Of a stretch of 64,000 nt of DNA, positions 8,742 to 20,234 are shown in pieces; the first letter of the stretch is position 1, and each line of letters opens with the position of its first letter. The stretch comes from a virus: IMG/VR virus record IMGVR_UViG_3300008259_000011, positions 32,001-96,000 of that record. One strand, 5' to 3'. The position numbers were made by a program, and so were the translations under genes. The notes beneath the pieces were generated by a model that did no database searches, was not told the origin of the DNA, and saw nothing but the letters and a program-made list of their open reading frames with translations.

Positions 8742-10649
8742 TTATTCTAGTATGTTAGATTCATCCATCATGGATTTTTGTTTATTTTCGGAAATCAATG
8801 TTTGTTTTTCTTGTTTTGCAGTCTTGAGATATGAGTCTAAAGTAGTCAATTCCTTATTGATACTTTCAAGACTAAACGGTGAAGATCCTGTGAACTTATG
8901 ATTTGGGGATCTATCTGCTTTAAAATCCCTATTCATTTCAAGATGACCGAGTGGATCTTCTCCGAATGGATAATTACTGGCCTTTTTCAATCCTTTTTGA
9001 GACGGACGTTCATAGTCTGGCTTTGACTTTTCCTTCAATGTAGGAATTTCTGCACCACCAGCTTCTCCTCCACCAGCAGGAGCGGATTCACCGCCAGCTT
9101 CTCCACCGGTTTCACCGCCTCCACCACCGCCACCGCCACCGCCTTCTTCTGGACTAACTTTTTGGAATGACTTGGCAGGATCATTACCTTCTTCTTCAAT
9201 CTGTTTAAATCTGTATGTCTGTTTTGCGTCATCAACAATATCGTTTTTGATATTGTTCATGTCATCATCTGACATATGGAAAATTTCGTTGTATACCCAC
9301 TTTTTACTAAACAACTTATTATCCAACATGTCTTTAGCGACAGATACCTTATTTGACCAAATGTCGATCTTTTCCTTTTCAAATACCGTTGATGGATTGG
9401 TAAGTTCCAAACTAAAATCAACCAAACTTGAATCTCTGTATCCTTGTGCATACAAGTGTACAATACCAATCTTGGTCAATTCACTGATAAGAATTTGTTG
9501 AATACGTTGAATTGTACGAGAAAAACGAACATCTTCTTGTGCCAATGTAGCTTTACCACTCAAATCTTCATCATAACTCAAGAACGCCTTAGGTATCTTG
9601 AGAGCAGCCATCATTTTCTTACGCAGATATTCAATATCGTCCGTGCCAGTGAATTCCATGCCACTAAGAGATTCAATGCTGGTACCACTATCACCACCAC
9701 GAACAGGAAGATAAAAATCTTCAACCATGTTTTGAAGATTGAAACGAAGATTGTAATCACCACTTTTTTCATCGATATATGGTACCTTTTTGGTTTTAGC
9801 AATCAACTTTTCCATATATGAGTCAATCTCGTTTGGAGGAATATTACCAACGTCAATCTTGAAAATACGTTTTTCAGGAGCACGCATAATACGATGAATC
9901 AACATTGCGTCTTCCATCAAACTCAATTGTTTCCAAACGCGACGAGCACCTTCCAACATACTCTTACCATATGGCAAGAAGTTACTATCACTCAATAAAC
10001 GAAAATGTGCTACTTGATAGTTTTCAAGATCTTCGACCTTACCACCGTCAGGTAGGTTGACTTGAAATTTGATATAGTTCTTATTATACAAATCACTGTT
10101 TTCAACACGGGTTACATTATAAGCACTAATTGGCTCAATCATATAAACTCCGTACTCGGGACTGATATAAAGTCTAAGATAAAAATCGCCGTACTTACAC
10201 ATGTTACGAACATAACTCCAAAGGTTAAATTCGATATTCATGATATCATAATACAAGTTACGAAGTATCTGTTTGATATTATCATTTGGTGTATTGATCA
10301 CCAAAACATCTCCCATTTCGTTACGTGTCAATGATTCATCCGCGTAAATATCCAATGCAGAACTAAGAATTGGATCCATGTCCATCGTATCATAATCTCT
10401 GAATAATTCGATACGAGCGGCTTGATAACTAAGGGTGAAATCTCTACTATACTGATTGTACGCAGAAGTACGAATACGATTAAAACGGTCACGTAGTGTG
10501 TTTCTATCCGTAGCGTATGCTACTTCATCGGTATCTACTACCTTTAACTTTTTACCACCAACGTTACGTACAATAACGTCTGTAGAGAAAAGTCTCTTAA
10601 GACGAGCAAATAGTGATCTGCTCTTTAAATCTGTCGGTTGATCTGCCAT
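8742..10649 (-). CDS. Portal protein (gp20-like)
   Basis: LMEDAMLIHRIMRAPEKRIFKIDVGN, EDFYLPVRG, ALKIPK motifs. Confidence 0.95.
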   Translation of the reverse strand: MADQPTDLKSRSLFARLKRLFSTDVIVRNVGGKKLKVVDTDEVAYATDRNTLRDRFNRIRTSAYNQYSRDFTLSYQAARIELFRDYDTMDMDPILSSALDIYADESLTRNEMGDVLVINTPNDNIKQILRNLYYDIMNIEFNLWSYVRNMCKYGDFYLRLYISPEYGVYMIEPISAYNVTRVENSDLYNKNYIKFQVNLPDGGKVEDLENYQVAHFRLLSDSNFLPYGKSMLEGARRVWKQLSLMEDAMLIHRIMRAPEKRIFKIDVGNIPPNEIDSYMEKLIAKTKKVPYIDEKSGDYNLRFNLQNMVEDFYLPVRGGDSGTSIESLSGMEFTGTDDIEYLRKKMMAALKIPKAFLSYDEDLSGKATLAQEDVRFSRTIQRIQQILISELTKIGIVHLYAQGYRDSSLVDFSLELTNPSTVFEKEKIDIWSNKVSVAKDMLDNKLFSKKWVYNEIFHMSDDDMNNIKNDIVDDAKQTYRFKQIEEEGNDPAKSFQKVSPEEGGGGGGGGGGETGGEAGGESAPAGGGEAGGAEIPTLKEKSKPDYERPSQKGLKKASNYPFGEDPLGHLEMNRDFKADRSPNHKFTGSSPFSLESINKELTTLDSYLKTAKQEKQTLISENKQKSMMDESNILE

Positions 10650-10689
10650 ACAATTGTATTATATTTCGTAAATAAATAGTGAAAGATCG

Positions 10690-12288
10690 TTATAATAACC
10701 AAGTTAAACTCTCTTTTTGATCTTTTAGTCCGGTAGGCATTTCCCACGACTGTTGTGCATTTGCGTTTTTTGTAGTATACACAGGAGAGCTTTGTTGTTC
10801 AGATCTATTGATACTACCCAACATATTACGAGTCATATCTATTGATTGTTGACGTAATTTCAAAGCGGTATCACGTACCCACAATCCAATTGCAAATGAC
10901 ATTACCAAATCATCATTGTAATTCTTCATTGCCTCGGCTTTACCATTATTCCAAATAAACGTATACAATTCATCAATTGTACGTGTTGACTGAATATTTA
11001 TGGTCTTTTCACGCATATAACTTTCTAATCGTGAAATAATCAACTGTCTTGTTACAGATGTTGTAGTAAACCCCGGAGTCATCTTCTTTTCGACAGAATG
11101 GATTCGATTGGTCATTTGATGTTCCACGTCTACATATTTTAAATCAGCACTACTATAAAACAAATTAGGATATTTTCTATCCAAGATTTGTTGAATTGTG
11201 CCCCAACCAATATTTAAATTTTCTACAATCAACAAGGCGTTGTTATATTCTGTAGCAACATTGACCAACATATTGCCATAATCTTTGGTTCCAATTTGTC
11301 CTTTGTATTCCGCAACCTGCGTAAAACTTTCAATATCAATTACGTGAAATGCACTATAGTCGCCTCCATCACCACGAGCAACGTCCGCACATACCAAATA
11401 TGAACGTGTATAGTCTGGATATTCCCACAACCACAACAATTTATCCATACCTCTAGTTTCGACAGGAGCACGTACTTTTGTCTGTTTATAGAAATCAAGA
11501 ATCGGCACATCAACTACAGTATTACCTGATGTAGCAAAGTCACAATCACATTCTTGTGCGGCCATCTTTGGACCAAGCAATTTTGTTTGTTCATCTCTCC
11601 AAGTTTGATCACGTTCAGGATGAAGATGCCATGGCAAACGTATCGTGTGAAACTTATTCTTTTTACCTTCAGCTTCTACCCAAGTTTTATGAAAAAAGTT
11701 ACCAACACCGTTTGGTGTTGATAACACGATTGCTTTACCACCAGTTGATAGTGTCGATTGTGCCGATGTCCAAATTTCATCGATGTTATCAATAAATGCG
11801 GCCTCGTCAATAATCAACATTGATAGTGCGGCCGAACGACCAGCGGTACCAGAAGATGATACGGCTTTAATTTGTGAACCATTCTTAAGACGCAATGATA
11901 GACGATTATCTTCGACACATGGAACTTTCAACCAACTTGGAAGATTGTCATTGGCAAAACGTACACGGGTAACAATTTCTTTAGATGTTTCTTGTGTAAT
12001 ACTGATACACAAAATATTTTTGTCACTATTAAATACCATCAACCACAAACTATACGCACTACACAATGTGGTAATACCAAGCTGACGACTTTTTAAAATA
12101 ATGTTATAGTCGTTATCAATAATCTCCTGTAGAGAATCATCTTGAAAAGGATATAATTCAAATGGTATTGTACCTCGTTTAGGATGTTGAATCTTGACGT
12201 ACTTCTTCATAAAGTACATCGGGTTTTCAAGACACTTTTTATATTCTGCCTTGATGATATCTCTTAACGATTTTTGATCATTCGACAT
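10690..12288 (-). CDS. Terminase large subunit (gp17-like)
   Basis: LKSRQLGITT Walker A, IIDEAAF Walker B, STPNG coupling motif, ADVARGDGGDYS and DDLVMS nuclease motifs. Confidence 0.96.
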   Translation of the reverse strand: MSNDQKSLRDIIKAEYKKCLENPMYFMKKYVKIQHPKRGTIPFELYPFQDDSLQEIIDNDYNIILKSRQLGITTLCSAYSLWLMVFNSDKNILCISITQETSKEIVTRVRFANDNLPSWLKVPCVEDNRLSLRLKNGSQIKAVSSSGTAGRSAALSMLIIDEAAFIDNIDEIWTSAQSTLSTGGKAIVLSTPNGVGNFFHKTWVEAEGKKNKFHTIRLPWHLHPERDQTWRDEQTKLLGPKMAAQECDCDFATSGNTVVDVPILDFYKQTKVRAPVETRGMDKLLWLWEYPDYTRSYLVCADVARGDGGDYSAFHVIDIESFTQVAEYKGQIGTKDYGNMLVNVATEYNNALLIVENLNIGWGTIQQILDRKYPNLFYSSADLKYVDVEHQMTNRIHSVEKKMTPGFTTTSVTRQLIISRLESYMREKTINIQSTRTIDELYTFIWNNGKAEAMKNYNDDLVMSFAIGLWVRDTALKLRQQSIDMTRNMLGSINRSEQQSSPVYTTKNANAQQSWEMPTGLKDQKESLTWLL

Positions 12289-12886
12289 GACTTAACTTCT
12301 CCAATTTCTTTTCAATCTTGAGAATCTGTTTATCAATCTTTTTCAAATCGGCTTTCAGATCTTTCAAAATATTTTCTCTACGTTCAATCGTCCATTCATC
12401 CAAAGTTCCATCACCGTTTGGAAACGATATCTTTTGATGAGAAGATACAAAATCAAAACTTTCCTGCACCTTGGTACGAAACTCTTTGGCTTGACTCAAT
12501 TGATTACGCAATAGTTTGTTTTGTTCATAATCATCATACTTTCCTTCTACACGTAACTTGGTTTCAAACTTTGCAAGACATTCTTGACAACGACCGGTCT
12601 TATTATAAAGAATTTCATCATAACGATTGCCCCACCGAATATCCATATTACAATCTTTACAATGACGTTTGGTAGATTCAATCGTAGACGAACTGACATT
12701 GTTAATAGCACGTTTGGTGCCATTTTTCTTTATCCACTTTTTACCATTTACGTCCTCCCAAATTTCACCCTCTTTACGAGATGCAAAATCGGAATCTGCA
12801 GTATAACCAACTTGAATAAAAGGACGTTCACCATTGAGATAGTCCCTAACGATTGCCAAATTACTTTTTCCTGACGCTTTTTTCAT
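12278..12886 (-). CDS. Hypothetical protein with CxxC pairs
   Basis: 202 aa overlapping terminase start; CKDC/CQEC; EGEIWED..GKKW motif. Confidence 0.7.
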   Translation of the reverse strand: MKKASGKSNLAIVRDYLNGERPFIQVGYTADSDFASRKEGEIWEDVNGKKWIKKNGTKRAINNVSSSTIESTKRHCKDCNMDIRWGNRYDEILYNKTGRCQECLAKFETKLRVEGKYDDYEQNKLLRNQLSQAKEFRTKVQESFDFVSSHQKISFPNGDGTLDEWTIERRENILKDLKADLKKIDKQILKIEKKLEKLSHVE

Positions 12887-12907
12887 AACTTATATTTGTT
12901 TAATTAT

Positions 12908-13663
12908 TCATTCGATGAATGTATCATCAAAAACTTTAATAGCTTTCGAGTATGATTTTTTGGTTTCATCACTGACGTTATCTGTATATTGCCAGTTCCA
13001 AAATAACTCTTGTGGAGTATTAAATCCGTAAAATTCCAGTACAGCTTTTTGTGTTTGTGTAACATCTTTTCCATTCCAGTTTTGACCAATAGCAATAACA
13101 CCAGCATCAATATTCTTAACAATATTGGATTCACCAAGGGTTGAATGACGGTTTTCAATCCACGTCAAACGTTCTATTAGTTTCTGATAAATACTGTTGG
13201 TCTGTCCCCAACGTATAGATGTAAAAAATAAAACTACATCACTCTCAAATAATGGTTTGCTAATCTTCCAAAGTTCATCTGATTTGTTATTGATACTTGC
13301 CCAACAACGATGATATCCAGTTGGATCTTTTTCTTTATCTTTTAACACCGCACCTTTTTCTCCACAATGATTGCCCCACTTGGATGACACATTTCCTTCA
13401 CATACAAAAATATTGAGTTTGCTTGCATCAATAAATTCACACTTATCACTACCCAATCTTTCACAAACTAACTTAGCCAATTTAGTTGACTTTGCTTCAT
13501 CGTCCTTATGACCTTCCCAACGATTTGATGTGCCAATCAACAACACTTTCTTTTTGGTTTGAAGATACTTGATTGTGTTATCTAGCCGCAATTCATTTTT
13601 TTCCATGTCTTTTTGACTGGAATTCGCAGCAGCTTCAACCAAAAAATCGGAGAGTTTTACCAT
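12908..13663 (-). CDS. Flavodoxin-like / NADPH-dependent FMN reductase family protein with N-terminal tag
   Basis: VLLIGTSNR, ESDVVLFFTSIRWG, KLIERL; TATTTATA at 13671-13678. Confidence 0.7.
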   Translation of the reverse strand: MVKLSDFLVEAAANSSQKDMEKNELRLDNTIKYLQTKKKVLLIGTSNRWEGHKDDEAKSTKLAKLVCERLGSDKCEFIDASKLNIFVCEGNVSSKWGNHCGEKGAVLKDKEKDPTGYHRCWASINNKSDELWKISKPLFESDVVLFFTSIRWGQTNSIYQKLIERLTWIENRHSTLGESNIVKNIDAGVIAIGQNWNGKDVTQTQKAVLEFYGFNTPQELFWNWQYTDNVSDETKKSYSKAIKVFDDTFIE

Positions 13664-13704
13664 ATCGTCCTATAAATATAATACAACAAGTCGTTTTTGT
13701 ATTA

Positions 13705-16038
13705 TTAATTGTAATACGGCACCCTCTTGCCATTGATCGATAACCAGCCATCCGGTGCTTTTAATGGACAAACCACATCAACGGTACCGGGAGTTGACGC
13801 CAATGTTGTACTAGTAACAGTCGCACTAACAGTTGCAGGTGCAGTAGTTGTAGGAACAGTAGCGGAGTCAGTAGCTTCCAAATCAGTAAACTTGCCTTTT
13901 TTATGATTTGTCCCATCTTGACCAATATCAACATTGTTAATATTACCCACCGCCGTTGGTTTAATTTCCAATACGGTACTTGGGTTAATATAAACTTTTC
14001 CACCAATACCACCATCTGCCTGCGGACTAATACTTACAGTTCCTTTTTTAATATGAAACGTTGCATCGTTTGCAGTATGTGCGCCACTACCACTAACATC
14101 AAACTCGAAACGAGCTGCGTTTAACATGTACAAACCTTGTTTTGGATTAGTTTGTTCGGTGGTAATAATCAAGTTGAATACTTTTAACCCATTAGTAGTA
14201 TCGGATGAAATAACACCGGGAATAAGTTTATTCAAAGATGATCCAGACGGATCAAACGACGTGATCGTTCTTAAATCAGAATATACTAAATTAGAGTTAA
14301 CATCAAACAATTCTGATTTTATTTCAAACTGTTCACCCGCAACAGTTACAGGAAATGGTATACGAGACGTAAATATTTCAGGAGAAAAAGATGGTTCCGA
14401 ATATGTCGATAACTGTAAGTCAGATAATGTGGATACACAATTTTTAGTGTATATTACCATCGTTCCATTAAACTGTTTACCAAATCGACTATAAAATGTA
14501 TGAGGGTCTGGATGATACAACGACGATGACCGTTCATCCAAATAAATTTCTCCGACCTTAACTCCACGAACATTATCAAAATTTGGATCACCATTAACTT
14601 CGTTGATCAAAGAAGATGTTATGTAAAAACTAACACTTGCAGGTTGAGTTGTATCTGATTTGATAATTTTGGATCTGACTGAAAACTTATATGTAACATC
14701 TGGATAAAACCGCATGAAGTTACTGTCATATGCCATTCCAGATTCATTCAACACCGAAGTTTGATCATATGGGGTGTATTCATGTGTAACACTTCCACCA
14801 TTGGTATCATTTTTTACAATAATGTATTGTTCATTATTAGTGCTATTTGTAATAACCATTGCGTCCATCAAATATGATGAATCTCTAGTAAAACTGATTG
14901 TATTGGAACTACTAAACCAATAGTGATGTAAATGTGTTGGGTTTGGAAATGATCCTAGACTTTTATAATAACTGTTTGGTGTGGCTGAATCTACTAAAGC
15001 CTGTGAATCAACAAAAGGTTCGTCTGCAATAATCTCAAAATCACCGGCTGCACTTAAACTTCTACGATACAATTTGTGACGATAAATGTTACCAGAAAAA
15101 GTCTTTAGGTTAGTATATGTTACAAATGCAACCGATTGATTGTATGATGAACTTGTAATAAATCTACCATCATACTTAACGTTTGTAATATTAGCAGACA
15201 AAGTACCATCTACAATATTTGAAATTATTTTCTTGTTTTTATTATCGACGTAATAAATTGGGTTCTTCAACTTGACCGTGTTTTCACTCAATACATCGGT
15301 AATAACGTTTGATGATGTTAAACTGGTTACAATATCACCATCCAATTTAGTTGCATAGATATCTACCAATGCGTTTTTCATTGAAGATGAAACAACCAAT
15401 GAACCATCTAAAAAAGTAAGACGATAATCAATTGGAGTTGACCCGATATCAAACAATCCATAATCATCATTTTTCTTGGGGGTTACCGCATAAGTTGTAA
15501 TTGGAGTATTATTAATAACTGTCAAATACCCCGAAGAATTGTCTGATGTAATTGGAACGAAAGTCGATGTTACTGACAATATGGGAGATTTATAAAATAT
15601 GACCTTCGATGTATTTTGTACAGATGGATTGATTTGAATATTACCAATCCAACGTATCAGTTTGTTTGTCTTTTCACGACCAACAATAATAACTTTACCA
15701 ACACCATAAGGAGTATCGTTATAAACGTATACCGATATTCTAACCGCGCCACCTTCCTTATAGGCGATGTTGTTGGTCTTAGCCACCTCAACATACAATG
15801 ACCGACCCTGACTGTCTAAAACCTCAATTTGAATAGGACTATTAACTGCAAGTTTATCGGACCCATTTAACAAAAAAGTATTCTTACCAGCAGTAAACTT
15901 GGGTGAGTATTCCGATAATATAAAATACTCGGACAAAAACGAACTATCTTCAATATCGACTCGTAAATCAGATAAGTTCAGCTTTTGTCCGGTATTTCTT
16001 GCATTTGATATTAAAGCCATATGTATTGTAATTAACAA
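13705..16038 (-). CDS. Virion structural protein (tail/baseplate-associated); start probably 16020
   Basis: Ser/Thr-rich, beta-rich; FTAGKNTFLLNGS motif; fibre-tip-like C-terminus (GWLSINGKRVPYY). Confidence 0.6.
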   Translation of the reverse strand: MLITIHMALISNARNTGQKLNLSDLRVDIEDSSFLSEYFILSEYSPKFTAGKNTFLLNGSDKLAVNSPIQIEVLDSQGRSLYVEVAKTNNIAYKEGGAVRISVYVYNDTPYGVGKVIIVGREKTNKLIRWIGNIQINPSVQNTSKVIFYKSPILSVTSTFVPITSDNSSGYLTVINNTPITTYAVTPKKNDDYGLFDIGSTPIDYRLTFLDGSLVVSSSMKNALVDIYATKLDGDIVTSLTSSNVITDVLSENTVKLKNPIYYVDNKNKKIISNIVDGTLSANITNVKYDGRFITSSSYNQSVAFVTYTNLKTFSGNIYRHKLYRRSLSAAGDFEIIADEPFVDSQALVDSATPNSYYKSLGSFPNPTHLHHYWFSSSNTISFTRDSSYLMDAMVITNSTNNEQYIIVKNDTNGGSVTHEYTPYDQTSVLNESGMAYDSNFMRFYPDVTYKFSVRSKIIKSDTTQPASVSFYITSSLINEVNGDPNFDNVRGVKVGEIYLDERSSSLYHPDPHTFYSRFGKQFNGTMVIYTKNCVSTLSDLQLSTYSEPSFSPEIFTSRIPFPVTVAGEQFEIKSELFDVNSNLVYSDLRTITSFDPSGSSLNKLIPGVISSDTTNGLKVFNLIITTEQTNPKQGLYMLNAARFEFDVSGSGAHTANDATFHIKKGTVSISPQADGGIGGKVYINPSTVLEIKPTAVGNINNVDIGQDGTNHKKGKFTDLEATDSATVPTTTAPATVSATVTSTTLASTPGTVDVVCPLKAPDGWLSINGKRVPYYN

Positions 16039-16050
16039 TACATATAGAAA

Positions 16051-19000
16051 TCACTGGAAATTAATCCGTGAAAACCCAGCATCTTTGACGATCTCAAGAC
16101 GGGTATCAACCATGTCTTTGAGTACATCCAAGTGACTAACAACCCAAACAAAGTCAAAATTACTCTTCAAGAATGAGAACAAATTAGCCATGGCAGACAA
16201 ATGATCACTATCAGCACATCCAAACCCCTCATCAATAGCAATAAAGTTAGGACGTGGTAGATTGGATACATTGATCAACGCAACTCTAATAGCCAACGAA
16301 CTCACAAACTTCTCTAACCCACTTGCCAATTCCAAAGGCCACTTCTTGTCATCGTAAACAATGTATGCCATAATGTTCTTGCCATCAGTCTGAAACGAAA
16401 CGGTAAACTCAACAATCTGATTAAGTATGTTGTTAACCTCAGATTCAATACCAGGCAACGCCTTAGAGATAATTTGATACTGAAGTCCATCTCTGGAAAC
16501 GGCATCCACATAATAAGTGTAAGCATTATGAATCTTTTCAGTCTCCTTCATTTCAGCAATCTTGGCTTCAATCTGAGACTTCTGATAGGTCCAATTGTTG
16601 ATCTTACTCTTGGTGTCGGTAATATTAGAGTTAACATTACGAATGTTAAAGTCGATGTTCTTAATGTTTGCCTTAATGTCATCAATCGCCTTTTGAACCT
16701 TAAGATTCGATTCAATAGCGTCCTTTGCATCATAATATTCTTTAATCTTAACTTCAATCGATTCCAACAAGTTCTTTTCCTTTACAATCGTATTCTCACG
16801 TTGTAATTGAAGATTTTCAAGATTAGAAATATTCTTGGTTAACGTTGTTAGACTGTTAAGAAGATTTCTATACTCCTGAAATTGATTAGCAACAGTTTCA
16901 ACGACACCCAACTTGTTTTTCACAGTAGTCAGTTTTTCAATCAGACCTTTAGCTTCAATCTTATCATTTTCAAGATCTTCTTTAGTCTTGATTGCATCTT
17001 GAACAAACACGTTGTTAACACAGAATGTACAATTTGGATCATACTTGTGGTTTTCAAGTTTCTTCAACTTATCCAACTTATTTGTAACAATCAACTTCTT
17101 ACGTTCCAACTGTCCTTCAATGTTAGACGCTTCCAATTTCAAAGTATTATACTCCGAATACTTGGACTCAATATCATCAGACTTGAACTTTTCAACCTTG
17201 TCATTGATTGGCTTGATGTCATTCTTCAACTTCTCAATGTTGGGAACCTCGGTATCATACTTCAACTGTTCACTGACGATTTTTCTGTCGGTATTAATAC
17301 GTTGTGTTTCCAATCCACTTATATCAGTAGTTGTGACATTCACCTTGATCAACTGCTTAGTTGTCTCAGCAATCTTCTCATTTTCAACTTCACGACTATC
17401 CGTTAATGTTTTTAGTTCTTCGTCCTTTAAACGAATAACAGATTCAGCATTATTGATATTGGTAGTCAATGTCTCCAACTCTGCGTTGTAATCGGTCTTG
17501 GCAAAGTTCTTCATCAAGATTGCCCATTCACGCATCTTGTCATTTGCCAGTCCGTGCAACTTATCAAATATAGTAAGTCCCATAAACTGTGCCAATAGAT
17601 CCTTACGTTCAGTCTGACCAAGATCAATGAAAGAACCAGTCTTACTGTTCTGAATACTCAATACAGTTAAAATAAAGTCATCATAAGTTCCAACATAATC
17701 ACGAATCAAATCGTTAGTATTACGACGTGCTTCACCGTTGAGTTCAATTACTTGACCCTTTTCTTCTTTCCAAAAACGTACATCAACCTTGACGCTTCCT
17801 TTTTTATCAGCGTGACCAATACGTTCAATAAAGTAATCAACCTTATCAATTTCAAAGTTAAACTTACACTTGAACGACATCTTTTGTGTATTCATTACGT
17901 GAACGGCTTTAAAAGCACGATCACACTTGTCAAATATACAAAAGGATAATGCCGAAAGAATACTGGATTTGCCACTTGCGTTTGCAGCAAATAGTCCCAC
18001 AACGTCTTTCATTTTGCTAAAATCAATTACATTACCTTCGCCGTAACTGAACATATTATCAAACTCAAACCGTTTTGGCTTCCATCGAATATTCTTAGCG
18101 GTTAAATCCTTGACAATTTGATCATTCAACTCCTTGTTGATCTTTTCAACCTCACGAATCAAAGAGTCAGGAATATTAGTATGTTTATCTTGAAGATATT
18201 CCGCAATCAATTTGTTCTGATACGAAATATTTGAAAGACCGTGAATATTCAAATTTGGAACCGTTGAATTGTTCACACTTGAGGCCAACTGGTCCACACG
18301 TAGATAATTGATATCAACAATCTCAGTATGTTCACGAATCTGTGAGATGACCGTCTTGAGTTCAGTTGCAACCGACTCAAATGCTTTGATTCGAAGCGTG
18401 GTTTTCTTTGGAATATCCGTCAAATCGGTAATCAAAGTTCCTTTGTTAACCTCGACAGTAAAATATCCATGGTCGTTCTTTACCTCAACGTGTTTGAATT
18501 TGAGAGTCTTCAAATCCCAATAAACAAACCCATGACCTTTCAATTCTTCACCATGGTTCTGTTGAATCAATGAACCAGAATACACAACCACGGGTTTACG
18601 AATCTTTTCATCAATAACGTGATAGTTCTGAAGAATCTGATGACGATGAATATCACCCAACAAAATAATTTGATGTCCATCAAACAGTTCGTTTTTGGTG
18701 TTACTCGTAACTTTATACCCAATGTCAGTTACAGCACTATCAACTGGTCCATGATATAGTCCAATATGATAAGAAGTGTTATTAACATAAATCTTGGGAA
18801 TCTTTTCAAACTTAATATAATTCTCAGGTGAATGTTCATCAAATACCGAGAAGTTATTGAACAAGATATCACCCAACTGATACACACCAGTATCCTTTAG
18901 ATAAAAAAGATTTGGGTGTTTAAGAGCGTTAACAATAGGACTCAAACTATCCAACCTGTTTTTGTTGGTTAGAGTTGCGTCATGGTTTCCAGCAGTAAGT

Positions 19001-19260
19001 ATGGTTGGACGACGATCTGCCAAGTTTTTTAGAAACTGAGACGCAATTTCTACGCACTCAGGACTAAGATCACTCTTGTTGTGAAACACGTCACCCACCA
19101 CACAAATAGCAGTGGTCTCGGGTGTCTTTTCAATTGCCTTATATAGGTTCTTGAACACCTCTGTATATTCCGCATGACGTTTAGTTAACAAAATATGAAT
19201 GTCTGCCACGTGCAGAATATTCGTAAAGTTTGAAACGTCACAATTTAGTTTTGTAATCAT
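16051..19260 (-). CDS. Fused Mre11/SbcD nuclease - Rad50/SbcC ATPase (gp47-gp46 fusion)
   Basis: ADIH, GDVFH, GNHD, GDIH phosphoesterase motifs; NASGKSS Walker A, CTFC zinc hook, LASG signature, IDEGFG Walker B, VSH. Confidence 0.92.
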   Translation of the reverse strand: MITKLNCDVSNFTNILHVADIHILLTKRHAEYTEVFKNLYKAIEKTPETTAICVVGDVFHNKSDLSPECVEIASQFLKNLADRRPTILTAGNHDATLTNKNRLDSLSPIVNALKHPNLFYLKDTGVYQLGDILFNNFSVFDEHSPENYIKFEKIPKIYVNNTSYHIGLYHGPVDSAVTDIGYKVTSNTKNELFDGHQIILLGDIHRHQILQNYHVIDEKIRKPVVVYSGSLIQQNHGEELKGHGFVYWDLKTLKFKHVEVKNDHGYFTVEVNKGTLITDLTDIPKKTTLRIKAFESVATELKTVISQIREHTEIVDINYLRVDQLASSVNNSTVPNLNIHGLSNISYQNKLIAEYLQDKHTNIPDSLIREVEKINKELNDQIVKDLTAKNIRWKPKRFEFDNMFSYGEGNVIDFSKMKDVVGLFAANASGKSSILSALSFCIFDKCDRAFKAVHVMNTQKMSFKCKFNFEIDKVDYFIERIGHADKKGSVKVDVRFWKEEKGQVIELNGEARRNTNDLIRDYVGTYDDFILTVLSIQNSKTGSFIDLGQTERKDLLAQFMGLTIFDKLHGLANDKMREWAILMKNFAKTDYNAELETLTTNINNAESVIRLKDEELKTLTDSREVENEKIAETTKQLIKVNVTTTDISGLETQRINTDRKIVSEQLKYDTEVPNIEKLKNDIKPINDKVEKFKSDDIESKYSEYNTLKLEASNIEGQLERKKLIVTNKLDKLKKLENHKYDPNCTFCVNNVFVQDAIKTKEDLENDKIEAKGLIEKLTTVKNKLGVVETVANQFQEYRNLLNSLTTLTKNISNLENLQLQRENTIVKEKNLLESIEVKIKEYYDAKDAIESNLKVQKAIDDIKANIKNIDFNIRNVNSNITDTKSKINNWTYQKSQIEAKIAEMKETEKIHNAYTYYVDAVSRDGLQYQIISKALPGIESEVNNILNQIVEFTVSFQTDGKNIMAYIVYDDKKWPLELASGLEKFVSSLAIRVALINVSNLPRPNFIAIDEGFGCADSDHLSAMANLFSFLKSNFDFVWVVSHLDVLKDMVDTRLEIVKDAGFSRINFQ

Positions 19261-19265
19261 ATATT

Positions 19266-20228
19266 TTATAAATTTATCTTCAAACGAAACAAAGATTCGA
19301 AATCTAAAACGGGAGAGTTATTTATAACTTCCCAAGTCTTTTCAAATCCGATTTCCGATGGATCTTTACCATCAAGTTTTACCAACTTTGTTTCAATACT
19401 GTTCTTCAACAAAAACTCACTTATTCTAATGGAGTCTGATAAAGCATCATTGTCCAAAACAATATTAACACTTTGTACTTTATTACTGATCAACGCAGAT
19501 TTCAACTTATTTGAAAGTGTTTTTCCAAACAAAGGAATAGCGTTATTACGAATCGAAATTGCATCAAATGCACCTTCGACTAATGTAATCGGTTGGTTGT
19601 AATCTACAAACATCTCAAATCCGATAATGTCTTTTGAGCCAAAACTGTTTACATATTTCATTTTAGCATCTTCAAAAATGCTACGAGTTGAGTAAAAGTT
19701 TAATTGACCAGATGCATCATATGATGGAATTAAAACTCTTCCATGAAATTGACCACCCTCACAGTACCCAATATTATATCTCAATACATCATATTTGGTA
19801 ATGTTTCTCGACTTTAAGTACTGAAGTGCATGTCTACCAATCAAAGTAAGTTCGTCATCATAAAATGATCGATATTCTTTTGGAAGAACCAAGGGTACAA
19901 CAGAAATACTCTTCTTCTCAGAAAAGATTTCCAAAATAGCGTTAATATCGTTCTGAGGAAGTTTTCGGTACGTCTCGGTATTTTTATAGATTTGACCAAG
20001 ATATTCACCAGACAGTCCAAGTTTCTTGAACAACGTTTTCAGAGATGTCCCAGATAACCCACACACCCAACAATGATATTTGCCGGTAACTGTATTTATT
20101 TCCAACTTTCGTTTGTAGTGTTTACAGACGGGACAATAATAAACCGCGTCAGTACCCTTACGAATCTTCGCAGATTGTTTGAGCGCTTTATTTAGAATTG
20201 TTACGACTTCCGTCTGATACAACAACAT
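19266..20228 (-). CDS. DNA primase (Zn finger + TOPRIM)
   Basis: CPVC..HCWVC Zn ribbon; LVEGAFDAI and LDND TOPRIM motifs. Confidence 0.9.
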   Translation of the reverse strand: MLLYQTEVVTILNKALKQSAKIRKGTDAVYYCPVCKHYKRKLEINTVTGKYHCWVCGLSGTSLKTLFKKLGLSGEYLGQIYKNTETYRKLPQNDINAILEIFSEKKSISVVPLVLPKEYRSFYDDELTLIGRHALQYLKSRNITKYDVLRYNIGYCEGGQFHGRVLIPSYDASGQLNFYSTRSIFEDAKMKYVNSFGSKDIIGFEMFVDYNQPITLVEGAFDAISIRNNAIPLFGKTLSNKLKSALISNKVQSVNIVLDNDALSDSIRISEFLLKNSIETKLVKLDGKDPSEIGFEKTWEVINNSPVLDFESLFRLKINL

Positions 20229-20234
20229 GGGTAT

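Noticed and set aside
8742-19260. Inteins or introns in portal, terminase or Rad50
   Set aside because: ORFs are continuous and of expected size, with no intein terminal motifs seen
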